Assembly: GCA_965223545.1 (NCBI GenBank)
Contig: OZ245006.1
Coordinates: 7,232,001-7,296,000 of the forward strand
Direction of reading: 5' to 3'
Length of the DNA: 64,000 nucleotides
Source: Planctomycetota bacterium
GTDB taxonomy: Bacteria; Planctomycetota; UBA1135; UBA2386
A program made the position numbers and the translations under genes. Within the stretch, counting starts at the first letter, position 1. Each line of letters begins with the position of its first letter. The notes beneath the pieces are model-generated. The model did not search any database, was not told where the DNA came from, and saw only the letters and a program-made list of their open reading frames with translations. Positions 50,525-59,812 of the stretch are shown here, in pieces.

Positions 50525-51150
50525 GTCTGCAGGCAGGCGGGTGGGCGGCGGAGGCGATCGAAGTGTTGGGCGAGGGCGCCGAACAGGAGTTTGCGGGCGC
50601 GCATCAGGCGAATCGCCACCGTTCCAGTGGGCACGTTGAGGAGGGCGCCGGCCTCGCGATACTGCAGGCCCTGCAGCACGCACAGGCGGAAGACCTGCTG
50701 GTAGCGCTCGGGTAGGGCTCCGACGGCTCGGTCGAAGGCCTCCATCAGCTCGCGCTCTTCGAGCTCGCGCGGGGCCTCTCGGCCGATCGATTGCTCGAAG
50801 GGCGTGCCCTCCTCGTCATCGGTGGCAAAGCTGCTGAAGGGCCGGGGTGCGCGCCGGCGCGAACGCAGCGCGCTCAGCGCCTGGTTGCGCGCGATCTCAC
50901 ACAGCCAGCTGCGGAACTGGTCGCGGGGGACGTAGCGGTCGCAGTGCAGGAACACGCGCTCGAAGGTCTCTTGCGTCACGTCCTGCGCCAGATCGTCATC
51001 TTGGATCAGGGCCGCAATCATCTGCCGCAGTGCGGGCCGGTGCCGGCGCTGCAGCTCGGCCAAGCTGTCCTCGAGGTGGCCCTCCACCAGCCGGGCCATG
51101 AGCTGATCGTCGGACAGGGCGGTGAGATCCAGTGGCGCGCCGGCGGGCAT
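50521..51150 (-). CDS. ECF sigma-70 factor (orphan)
   Basis: SDDQLM, LAQDVTQETF, FRSWL..IARN and GTVAIRLMRAR motifs. Confidence 0.9.
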   Translation of the reverse strand: MPAGAPLDLTALSDDQLMARLVEGHLEDSLAELQRRHRPALRQMIAALIQDDDLAQDVTQETFERVFLHCDRYVPRDQFRSWLCEIARNQALSALRSRRRAPRPFSSFATDDEEGTPFEQSIGREAPRELEERELMEAFDRAVGALPERYQQVFRLCVLQGLQYREAGALLNVPTGTVAIRLMRARKLLFGALAQHFDRLRRPPACLQT

Positions 51151-51320
51151 GCACGGCTGCAGAACAAGCTCCGTACCATCCCTCCAGGAAACTAGAGGGT
51201 TCCGCAAGCTGTTGCATTGACGAGGATTACGATGGTAGGTGAGAACCTGGTGCCGCTTCGCGAGGGCGGCGAGGTGCCCCCTCGGTGCGGCGGGGCATCG
51301 CGGCTCCCCCGGCCGGATCC

Positions 51321-52322
51321 TCAGCAGGGAAACAGCTCGCCGCCGCCTGCGAGGGTCGCGTCGAGCAGGGCGAGGTTGCCAGTGGCGTTGGGGTCCTGGC
51401 CGTGGGCGAGGTAGCCGTACCGCAGCCGGCGCAGCGCGAGGTAGACCAAGCACGAGCGGATGCCCCACTCGGCGCGGATCCGGTCCGAGCCGACGCGCGG
51501 GATCAGGTAGCGGCCGATCAGCGCGGTCTTCCATTCGCTGGCGCGTGGGCTGTGGATCCAGAACCAGGCCAGGTCGTGATCGATGTTGCCGATGCCGACG
51601 CGCTCGAAGTCGAGCAGGTATGGCCGCCCCTCCGCGTCGACGGTGATGTTCTCTTGGCAGAAGTCGCCGTGTACCAACACCGGTTGGCGGTTCTCGGTCC
51701 AGCGCAGGGCTTCCTTGAAGAACTCCTGTACGCGCGACCAGCGCCGCTCACCGATGACGAACAGCACAGGATCGTACATCTGCCGGACCCGGTCCAGGTA
51801 GCTCACCGTGTCCCATCGGTTGAGGGGCAGATTGCGGCGTGCCAGAACCGTGTCGATCGGCACCGCTTGGATGCGCTCGTGCAGCTCGTAGACGTGGCCT
51901 TGTCCCATGATCTCCTCGTCCGGGCCGACCGCTGGATCGATTCGCTGCAACAACAGCCACCGGGGTGGGTCGCCGGTGTCGAGGAGAACCGTGCGCGGCG
52001 CTGGCAACGTGCGGCGCTCGGGGTCGACGCTGTCGAGGAAGCGATAAAAGCCCGCTTCGCGCCGGGCGTAGTCGGCGGGTCGGACACCCGCCGGATAGAG
52101 CTGCTCCTCCGAGGGGGGGTGAAAGTACTTGAGCAGGTAGGGTTCGCCGTTGACCCCCGTGCACGGCAGGAGGGTCGACGAGCGGTGGCCGGACAGTGGT
52201 CGCGGCCGGTACTCTTCGGCCGGGCCGAGGCCGAGTGAGGCGATGACCTCATGCGCGGCGGCGAGGTGCCGGTCAGCGCCGGCGATCTCGGCGGGTGGGG
52301 GCTGGGGGTCGGGCTCGGTCAT
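51321..52322 (-). CDS. Aminoglycoside phosphotransferase/choline kinase-like protein
   Basis: VLVHGDFCQENI (Brenner motif) and LLDFE...HDLA. Confidence 0.8.
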   Translation of the reverse strand: MTEPDPQPPPAEIAGADRHLAAAHEVIASLGLGPAEEYRPRPLSGHRSSTLLPCTGVNGEPYLLKYFHPPSEEQLYPAGVRPADYARREAGFYRFLDSVDPERRTLPAPRTVLLDTGDPPRWLLLQRIDPAVGPDEEIMGQGHVYELHERIQAVPIDTVLARRNLPLNRWDTVSYLDRVRQMYDPVLFVIGERRWSRVQEFFKEALRWTENRQPVLVHGDFCQENITVDAEGRPYLLDFERVGIGNIDHDLAWFWIHSPRASEWKTALIGRYLIPRVGSDRIRAEWGIRSCLVYLALRRLRYGYLAHGQDPNATGNLALLDATLAGGGELFPC

Positions 52323-52505
52323 GCGCAGCCTCCGCTCGTGCGGCCAGCGGTGCACTGTAGCGTCGGTCGGTCAGCGATGCCGCCCGAGTGAAGCGGATTC
52401 TCCGGCGGCACCGCCGGTTGGCGGCCGGCGCACCCCGCTCGCGATGGTCCCGACCGGGTGGCGATCAAGCTGCCGCGGCGCCGTTGTCGAAGAGTCGACC
52501 AGGAC

Positions 52506-53729
52506 ATGTCCAAGCCGGAGCAGCTCGAGAACATCGCCGCTGTCGGAGGGCTGAGGGAGCAGCTCACCGCCTTCGTCGATGCCGTGGTCGCGCACCATGA
52601 GAGTGCCGCCGACGATTTCGAGGATCTGCTCGCCGATGCCCGCCAGCTGCTGCACCAGCAGCTGGCCGACAGCAGTGCCAAGCACGCGACGCGCGCCCTG
52701 CTGGAGAAGCTGCTGACCGAGCACCTGCGCGAGGCGCTGCCGGCCGAGGCCGATCCCGAGGGCCGCGCCGGCGCCGTCGGTGCCAGCCTGGTGGCGGGCT
52801 CCGTGCTCGCCGACTTCGCCACCGCCATCGATCGGGCGATGCTCGAGAGCCGCACGCCGCGCGACTACAGCTTTGCCGGCCGCGCCGACTTCATCAGCCT
52901 CGAGGAAGTGCTGCAGCTGCTTGGCGGCGCCAGCCACCGCGGTTGCTTGGCGCTCGAGAAGTCGGACAACCAGCTCGATGTCTATCTGGACAACAGCAGC
53001 ATCGTCTTCCTCGATCCCCACCGCTTCATCCGCCGGGTCCTGCCGTCGCCGGACCGGATGAGCTACCGCGAGATTCCGTCGGAGGCGTTGGCCAAGGCCG
53101 AAGCGCGGCACGCTGGCGAGGGCCTGCCGATCGTGATGACGCTCGCCGAGGAGGGCGTGTTCCGCGAGCAGGAGCTCGCCAACGTCGCCCGCGCGCTCGG
53201 TCTCGAGGTCCTCTATCAGTTCCTGCGCGATCAAACGGACTGCGCCTACACCTACCGGCGTCTCAACGAGCTGCCGCCGTTCGCGGTTTCGATCGCTTCC
53301 AAGCTACCGGTCACGCCGGTCTTGCTGGAAGGCAACAAGCGCCTCGACGACTGGCGCAGCCTGAGCCGCGTGTTCCCCGACCCCGACGCACCGCTGCGTC
53401 CGGTCGAGAACATGTTCGCCAAGATCTCTTCGCTCGACCTCAGCGTGCTGGAGATCAAGCTGTTGGCGCAGATCAACGACCAGGTGAGTCCCAACAAGTT
53501 GGCGCCGGCGATGGGGCTGCCCCTGCAGGACATCTACCACTACCTGGTGCGCTTCGCCAAAGAGGGCGTGCTGCTGCCCCCGGGCGGCGATGGCATGCTC
53601 GACGAGGTGGCGATCAGCATCGAGGAATCAGTCGAGATCGCGATCCAGGCGCTCGACGCGAACGACGATCACACCGCGGTCTCCAACGCTTTGGACAAGG
53701 TGTTGGGCGACGGGGATGGGTTCTTGTAA
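52506..53729 (+). CDS. DUF4388 domain-containing protein
   Basis: FAG....SLEEVLQLL....RGCL and LLEG.KRLDDW motifs; C-terminal wHTH-like segment. Confidence 0.75.
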   Translation: MSKPEQLENIAAVGGLREQLTAFVDAVVAHHESAADDFEDLLADARQLLHQQLADSSAKHATRALLEKLLTEHLREALPAEADPEGRAGAVGASLVAGSVLADFATAIDRAMLESRTPRDYSFAGRADFISLEEVLQLLGGASHRGCLALEKSDNQLDVYLDNSSIVFLDPHRFIRRVLPSPDRMSYREIPSEALAKAEARHAGEGLPIVMTLAEEGVFREQELANVARALGLEVLYQFLRDQTDCAYTYRRLNELPPFAVSIASKLPVTPVLLEGNKRLDDWRSLSRVFPDPDAPLRPVENMFAKISSLDLSVLEIKLLAQINDQVSPNKLAPAMGLPLQDIYHYLVRFAKEGVLLPPGGDGMLDEVAISIEESVEIAIQALDANDDHTAVSNALDKVLGDGDGFL

Positions 53730-53770
53730 GCGGGCGTGCTGCCTCGAGCTCGCCCCCATGGACGGTGACA

Positions 53771-55129
53771 CTACAGGATTCGCTGTGCGCGCAACCAGTC
53801 GGTGATTGCACGGTAGAAGCCTGGGGCCTTCCTCGGCCAGACCCAGAACCCGGTCGGCCAGCGCCATTCGTTGTTCACCAGTTGGCGTGGCCTCTCGAAG
53901 CCGTGACCCACCCGCGGCAAGACCCGCACCGTAAGCCGCTGGTTGTCGGCCTCGTGTAGATAGCGCTGCAGCAAGGGCACGTTCTTGCGGGGGGGCACGA
54001 GTCCATCCTCCGCGGCGTACAGAGCTAGCACCGGGCACTTCAGTTGCCGAAGCGTGTTCGCTGGCTCGTACTCGTGGCGTCGCCACCAGGCCAGGTCGGA
54101 CTCCGCCGCAGGAATCTCGACGAAGTTGGCCCAGCGCTGCTCGCGGGCGACGGCCGCACGCGGCTGGAACTGAGACCAGGGGGTGTGCCCGTAGGCGACC
54201 TCGAACATCGCGCGCTGAAACGCCTGGGCCGCGGTCACGTCCTCGGCTTCGATGCCGGCGGCGCGCGCCTCTTCGCCGGTCAAGGTCGCGGCGATCGCGT
54301 CCAACTCTTGGTCGGCGACGCCGACTGCCGGCGCGGCGATCAGTACCAGAAATGCCAGCTCTGGTTCCTCGACAGCGACCATCGGACCGACCCACCCGCC
54401 TTGGCTGATGCCGAGAATGCCAACGCGGCGCCGGTCGATGTCCGCTCGGTCGCGCAGCATGGCGACGCCAGCGCGCGCATCCGCGGCCAGGTCGGCGAAC
54501 GTGGACTCGCGGTCGCCGGTCGATTCACCGGTGCCGCGTTTGTCGTAGACCAGAGCCGCCAGGCCACGCGCAGCGAGCGTCTCCCCCCAGCCACGGTAGG
54601 TCCATGCGTTGTCGCCGTCGTGGCGCCCCTTGGGATGCGAGCCGGCGATCACTACGGCTGCCGGGTGTGGCCCGGCGCCGGATGGAAGCACGAGCGTGCC
54701 CGCGATGCGCGCCCCTGGCGAGTCGAACGAGACTTCTTCGTAGCGCCATCGCGGGGGCAGGTCGGTGCGCCCGAGGTGTATGCGAACCGGTGGGCCCCAG
54801 CGTTCGTTGGCCCCGGTGATCTCCTCGACTTGCGCGTGGTAGGTGCAATCGAATCGTCCGTAGAGGAAGCGAAGTGACAACGCAGGTGGTTGCCAAGTCA
54901 GCTCGCGGAGCGGTTCTCGGTGGAGGCCGAGCTCCGGGATGCTGTACCAGCCGGAGGGGTCGGGTGCCGTCGACACGATCTCGACGTCGATCCTCTGGAC
55001 CGAGCCATCGCGCACGACAGCGCCCCGCCAGGTGCCGGTGATTCTGGCGTTTGCATCGGTGGTGGGTTGCGCCGCGCAAACGACGGCCAAGAGCACCGCC
55101 GCGGTCAGACTTGATGGGACGAGTTGCAT
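53771..55129 (-). CDS. Secreted alpha/beta hydrolase (peptidase S9/CocE-like)
   Basis: YDKRGTGES, GISQGG nucleophile, D.LVP and VGH; signal peptide ...VCAA-QP. Confidence 0.88.
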   Translation of the reverse strand: MQLVPSSLTAAVLLAVVCAAQPTTDANARITGTWRGAVVRDGSVQRIDVEIVSTAPDPSGWYSIPELGLHREPLRELTWQPPALSLRFLYGRFDCTYHAQVEEITGANERWGPPVRIHLGRTDLPPRWRYEEVSFDSPGARIAGTLVLPSGAGPHPAAVVIAGSHPKGRHDGDNAWTYRGWGETLAARGLAALVYDKRGTGESTGDRESTFADLAADARAGVAMLRDRADIDRRRVGILGISQGGWVGPMVAVEEPELAFLVLIAAPAVGVADQELDAIAATLTGEEARAAGIEAEDVTAAQAFQRAMFEVAYGHTPWSQFQPRAAVAREQRWANFVEIPAAESDLAWWRRHEYEPANTLRQLKCPVLALYAAEDGLVPPRKNVPLLQRYLHEADNQRLTVRVLPRVGHGFERPRQLVNNEWRWPTGFWVWPRKAPGFYRAITDWLRAQRIL

Positions 55130-55196
55130 CTCCGCAAATGTGGTGTGGGGCGTTCTCGGTGGCTGTCGAATTCTTGCGCGCGTGCTCGAATACTAG

Positions 55197-55527
55197 GAGC
55201 CTGCCGCACGGGAGGACGAACCATGCACGCGTCTTTCGCACGAGCTCGCCCCGCCAAAACCCCAAAGAACCCACCGAGACACCTACGCGTTCGCGGCCCG
55301 GCCAAGCGCGAAGCTCAGCGCGGCCGAGGCCGCAACCAAACTCGGAGCAATCCGCGACCCGAGCGTCGGTCGCGGGTCCCGCGGTCGCCGGCCGCCGCGC
55401 TGAGCCCGGAGGCACTGTCTGTCCGAGCTTCCGGCGCCGCGGCGCCGTTGCCATGGCGGCGGCGTCGCCTCAAAAATGTCATCGGCGCTCACGTACTTGG
55501 TCGGTCCGCCTCCCGCGAGACAGGCTC
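55197..55527. mobile_element. MITE-like non-autonomous element (family B, full copy, 331 bp)
   Basis: TIRs GAGCCTGCCGCACGGGAGG and GAGCCTGTCTCGCGGGAGG (16/19), CTAG on both sides (55193-55196, 55528-55531), inner perfect 12-bp IR at 55313-55324 and 55394-55405. Confidence 0.75.
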
Positions 55528-55531
55528 CTAG

Positions 55532-57520
55532 CCCAACTTCCGCAGCTCGACGATTTTTGAGGCCAATTCGGAGCCTCGGCGCGGCGCCAGCCCGCTATCC
55601 ACCGTCGCGGCGGCGCAGATCGGCCGTGTAGTGCCAACCCGCCCCGTTGATCGGTGTGGCAGGGAGCACGACAACTGTGTGCGAGGCGGCGGACGTGTAC
55701 CTGCGACGCAAGACGGTCAGAAAGAACGGCAAGACCCACGAGTACTGGCTCCTCGTTCGGTCGGTGCGGCACGGTCGTCGAGTGCGGCAGGAGGTGATCG
55801 CGCAGCTGGGCAAACTGGATGCGAAGGGGCGACGCCGGGCTCGTGCGCTGGCAGATCGGATGACCGGTCGCCGAATGCACCCGAGCCTGTTTGAGCCACC
55901 GGTGACAGACGACGACCCGGTCGAGTCGATTCGCTTGAAGGAGGTCAGCCTCGACCGGACACGCCGCTTCGGCGACGTTTTCGTCGGCCTGGCGCTGTGG
56001 CACGCACTGAAGTTCGACGACGCACTCTGGGAGCTCATGCCGCGGGGCCGTGAAGATGTCCCGTGGTCGACGATGGCGGCAGCGATGGTCATCTGTCGGT
56101 TGTGCATGCCCTCCAGCGAGCTGCACCTGGCTGAAGTCCTGTACCGCCAGACCGCGCTTGACGACCTGCTTGGCCTGCCGGAAGGCAAGGTCAACGACGA
56201 CCGGCTCTACCGGGCTCTCGACCAGATCCTGCCGCACAAAGAGGCGCTGGAGCAGCATCTCCGCGCACGGCTCGGCGAGTTGTTCGACGTTCAGTACGAC
56301 TTGCTGCTCTACGACGTGACCTCGACCTACTTCGAAGGCCTCATGCTGGGCAACCCCCAGGCGCAGCGTGGCTACAGCCGAGATCACCGGCCTGACTGCA
56401 AACAGGTTTGCATCGCTCTGGTCGTGACCAGACAGGGAATCCCTCTTGCGCACGAAGTGTTCGACGGCAATCGGACTGACGTCACGACGGTCCGCGAGAT
56501 CGTCGAGACGATGGAGCGGCGATTCGGTGCTGCTGATCGCATCTGGGTCATGGACCGCGGAATGGTGAGCAAGCGCAACCTGAAATGGTTGAAGGAGGGA
56601 AGGCGACGGTACGTCATCGGCGCATCGCGTTCGGACCTGCGCCGCTTCGAACAGGAGATCGTCGACCGTCGAGACTGGCGCAGCATTCGTGAGGATGTCG
56701 AGGTCAAGCTCTGCCCGAGCGAGGACGGGGAGGAGACGTTCATCCTGTGTCGCTCCCAGGCGCGCATCGAGAAGGACGCCGCAATTGTCGCGCGAGCAGC
56801 CGAACGCATTCGCGCGAGGCTTGCGTCGCTCGAACGCCGACTGGCGGCGTCGAAGAAGTCGATCGAACGGGACCGCGTCAATCAACAGATCGGACGCATC
56901 TTGGCCCAGAACTCGCGGGCCTCCACGTGCTTCTCGGTTTCGTTGATCGAAGCCCCGGATCGACCATCGGGGCTTGCCGTGGAGGCTTGTGAGAACACGA
57001 ACTGGGTGGACCAGAGCGCCGGGTGCTACCTGCTCAGGTCCAACGTGACGGGTTGGACAGATGAGGAGCTTTGGCGGACGTACATCCAGCTCACTGATGC
57101 TGAGTCCGCGTTTCGGATCCAGAAGTCCGAGCTGTCGATCCGCCCGGTGTGGCATCAACGCGAGGACCGGGTCAGGGCGCACATCCTCGTCTGCTTCCTC
57201 GCCTACGCCTTGTGGAAAACGCTCGAGCTCTGGCAGGAGAAGGCCGGACTCGGCAACAGCCCGGCCGCCATCCTCGAGGAGCTCCGTCAGGTCCAAAGCG
57301 CAGACGTGCTCCTGCCAACTACTGACGGCCGCGAACTCCGGGTCCGCTGCGTGGTCACCCCCAACGAGGCGCAGGCGCACCTGCTCGACCGGCTCGGCAT
57401 CCAGCTACCCAGGAGGCTATCCGTCCCCGCGCCACTCCGTTCGACCGCGATGTAGTGCCAACCAATCGACGTAAGTCGTTGCTTTTCAACGTGACGACCC
57501 GTCGAACTGCGGAAGTTGGG
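55532..57520 (+). mobile_element. IS1634-family insertion sequence, 1989 bp
   Basis: 21-bp TIR CCCAACTTCCGCAG(C/T)TCGACG (20/21) at 55532-55552 and 57500-57520; CTAG on both sides. Confidence 0.9.
55695..57455 (+). CDS. IS1634-family DDE transposase
   Basis: LYDVTSTYFEG, RGYSRDHRPD, VMDRGM and Y..L..AESAFR..K..L.IRPVWH...RVRAHI.VCFLAY motifs. Confidence 0.93.
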   Translation: MYLRRKTVRKNGKTHEYWLLVRSVRHGRRVRQEVIAQLGKLDAKGRRRARALADRMTGRRMHPSLFEPPVTDDDPVESIRLKEVSLDRTRRFGDVFVGLALWHALKFDDALWELMPRGREDVPWSTMAAAMVICRLCMPSSELHLAEVLYRQTALDDLLGLPEGKVNDDRLYRALDQILPHKEALEQHLRARLGELFDVQYDLLLYDVTSTYFEGLMLGNPQAQRGYSRDHRPDCKQVCIALVVTRQGIPLAHEVFDGNRTDVTTVREIVETMERRFGAADRIWVMDRGMVSKRNLKWLKEGRRRYVIGASRSDLRRFEQEIVDRRDWRSIREDVEVKLCPSEDGEETFILCRSQARIEKDAAIVARAAERIRARLASLERRLAASKKSIERDRVNQQIGRILAQNSRASTCFSVSLIEAPDRPSGLAVEACENTNWVDQSAGCYLLRSNVTGWTDEELWRTYIQLTDAESAFRIQKSELSIRPVWHQREDRVRAHILVCFLAYALWKTLELWQEKAGLGNSPAAILEELRQVQSADVLLPTTDGRELRVRCVVTPNEAQAHLLDRLGIQLPRRLSVPAPLRSTAM

Positions 57521-57526
57521 CTAGCG

Positions 57527-58366
57527 GTGCTTGCCGACCGCGATCGTCCGGGAGATTGCGACCGCTTGCTGCGGACGGCCTTGTGGCAACGCGGTGGAGT
57601 GGAGGTGGTGGGGACTCGCTGGCTGCCCGGCCACCACCCGGCGACGAGCAGTGACGTCACCGGCGCTGCCGTGATCGAGCTGATGTTGTGCGGTGCGTTT
57701 CGCATGCGCTGCAGCCGGGGCGACGCACTCGGCGACACCAACTCCGCGGTCCTGTTCAACGCCGGCGAGGTCTACGAGATCTCGCACCCGGTCGCGCGGC
57801 CCAACCGCGGAGTGTCGATCCGCGTCGACCAAAGGGCTGCAGCGTGGGCGGGTGATGTGGACCATGGCGACTTCGAGGGGCCCGGGGTGCGCTTGTCGGC
57901 GGCTGCCCTGGTCGACGCACATCGTGTGATGGTGCTGCTGGCGCGGACAGACCGCGAACCGATGGAGATCGAGGAAACGATCGCGGCATTGATTGGCCAT
58001 TGTCGCGGGCTCCGCCCCGATGGCGGTCGCTCGACTTCAGCCAACGCGGCGCGGCGAGTCGAACGGGCGCGCGAGGTGCTGAACGCGGCCTTCGCCGATC
58101 GCTTGACCCTGCAAGGTGTCGCGGCGGAGGTAGGGTGCTCGCCGTGGCAGCTGTCGCGCGACTTCACCCGTGTGACAGGCGTGCGTATGCATCGCTACTT
58201 GTGTCGATTGCGCGTGCGGGCCGCCGTCGGCATGTTGCTGCGGCGCCGCGACCTCACCGCGCTTGCGCTGTCTGTGGGTTTCTCCAGCCACAGCCACTTC
58301 ACGGCGGCTTTCCGCCAAGAGTTCGGCGTCCCGCCCAGTGCTGTCCGCGTCGCCCTGATGGCATGA
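57527..58366 (+). CDS. AraC-family transcriptional regulator
   Basis: VAAEVGCSPWQLSRDF..VTG and VGFSSHSHFTAAFRQEFG.PP motifs; probable GTG start 2 bp after the IS-flanking CTAG. Confidence 0.85.
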   Translation: MLADRDRPGDCDRLLRTALWQRGGVEVVGTRWLPGHHPATSSDVTGAAVIELMLCGAFRMRCSRGDALGDTNSAVLFNAGEVYEISHPVARPNRGVSIRVDQRAAAWAGDVDHGDFEGPGVRLSAAALVDAHRVMVLLARTDREPMEIEETIAALIGHCRGLRPDGGRSTSANAARRVERAREVLNAAFADRLTLQGVAAEVGCSPWQLSRDFTRVTGVRMHRYLCRLRVRAAVGMLLRRRDLTALALSVGFSSHSHFTAAFRQEFGVPPSAVRVALMA

Positions 58367-58376
58367 GGCGTCTCAG

Positions 58377-59711
58377 TCATTCATCGTCCGCGCTGGCTGC
58401 CTGCCGCTCGAACGCCGCGATCCACAGCTCGCGCCGCCACGCGGCTTCGGCGCGCCATGCCGTGGGCCGAAAGCCGTGGGCCGCCATCCACGTCCGCAGC
58501 TTGCGCCGCGTCAACGAGTGGCGCGTGCGCTCGGCACCCGCGAATCGATGGCGCAGCCAGCGGCGGATGCCGTGCGCCGATGCCGGGTGGAAGAAGGACA
58601 CCACGACGTAGCGCCGCGCCACCCGGCTCGCCTCGGCGAGGGCCCGCTGCGCCGCCGGTGGCGGCAGGTGGTGCAGGAAGCGAAACAACACCACGCCGTC
58701 GACGGTCCGGTCGGCGAGGGGGAGCTCTTGCGCGTCGCCGAGGGCGACCGGCAGTGCAGGCTGCGCTGCGCGAGCTTCGCGGAGCATCGCGATCGAGCGA
58801 TCCACGCCGTACGGCGTCGCACCCTGCGCGCGCAGCCAGCCGGCCACTCGCCCGGCGCCGCAGGGCGCGTCGAGCACGGTGTCTCCCGTTGCGCCAGGCC
58901 AGACCGCGGCCAAGCGGGCGAGCTCGCGCGCGTGCCGCTTCGGGTTGCGGTGCCGGTAGGCGCGGCTCTTGCCCTGCGCGTCGTAGCGCGAGTGCGTGTC
59001 CCGTCGGCCGCCGCTTTGCGCGAGCAGTTGGCGGCGCACCGATCGGGCCAGCCCCAACGCCCGCAGCAGCCGGACGGCAAAGGCGAGGGCCACGCGGTCG
59101 GGCACCGCGAGGCCGCGGACCGAGGTGCGGAAACGGCGCAGGATCCGGCGCCCGTCGCGCCGGCGCGGCCGCCGCGCGAGGCGGCCGTTGTGCAGGTCGA
59201 TGACGGCCAGCGCGTCGGGTGCCGGGCCGGTGAGGAACACGTGATCGGCCGACATGTCCGGCAGCACGATGCCGGCGGCGGTGATGCGGGTGATCAGCCG
59301 GATCACCGCGCCGCGCACGCAGTCGTCCGCGGGCCGATGCGCGATCCGATCGCGCAGGGTTTCGCCGGGCAGCGCTGCGCACACGTAGTACGACGCCGCA
59401 CCGCGGCGCGCGATCGCGACCGGGCGGGCGGTGGCGACCCCGGCGGCGCGCAGGGCGCGCGCGACGCCGAGCTCGCGCTGCGCATCACTGGCAGCGCGCG
59501 GTCGGGTCACCGCGAACTGAACGCGGTTCTTCAGCTGGGTCTTGGCGAAGCACTTGACGTAGTAGGTCTGTCCGTCGCGTTCGATCCGCAGTACGCGGCG
59601 ATACCGGTTTGCCGGTGCGGCGAGTGCGTGTGGGCCATCGAGGACCGATTCCACCGAGCCGAGCGCGCCGCGCTCGCGCTCGGTCGCTTCGACGAACTGC
59701 CACGCGGTCAC
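58377..59711 (-). CDS. Fusion of a Kdo/WaaP-like lipopolysaccharide kinase domain and a class I SAM methyltransferase
   Basis: N-terminal YYVK, A.RE...L..AGVAT.RPVA, PDMSADHVF and VIDL motifs; C-terminal VLDAPCGAGR and FRFLHHL. Start 59711 or 59765. Confidence 0.75.
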   Translation of the reverse strand: MTAWQFVEATERERGALGSVESVLDGPHALAAPANRYRRVLRIERDGQTYYVKCFAKTQLKNRVQFAVTRPRAASDAQRELGVARALRAAGVATARPVAIARRGAASYYVCAALPGETLRDRIAHRPADDCVRGAVIRLITRITAAGIVLPDMSADHVFLTGPAPDALAVIDLHNGRLARRPRRRDGRRILRRFRTSVRGLAVPDRVALAFAVRLLRALGLARSVRRQLLAQSGGRRDTHSRYDAQGKSRAYRHRNPKRHARELARLAAVWPGATGDTVLDAPCGAGRVAGWLRAQGATPYGVDRSIAMLREARAAQPALPVALGDAQELPLADRTVDGVVLFRFLHHLPPPAAQRALAEASRVARRYVVVSFFHPASAHGIRRWLRHRFAGAERTRHSLTRRKLRTWMAAHGFRPTAWRAEAAWRRELWIAAFERQAASADDE

Positions 59712-59812
59712 GCCGGCAGAGCTTAGGCGGCGTGGCGGCTGCCGGTCCACGGTGCGCTCGCGCACCCCTCGCTATCGAATCCGCTCGGGCGGTCGACGAT
59801 GATCGCGGTCCC

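Noticed and set aside
55453..55531. In-frame N-terminal extension (MAAASPQK...) suggesting IS1634 disrupted the AraC coding sequence
   Set aside because: The segment lies inside the MITE-like element, and AraC from GTG 57527 already has a normal length (279 aa).
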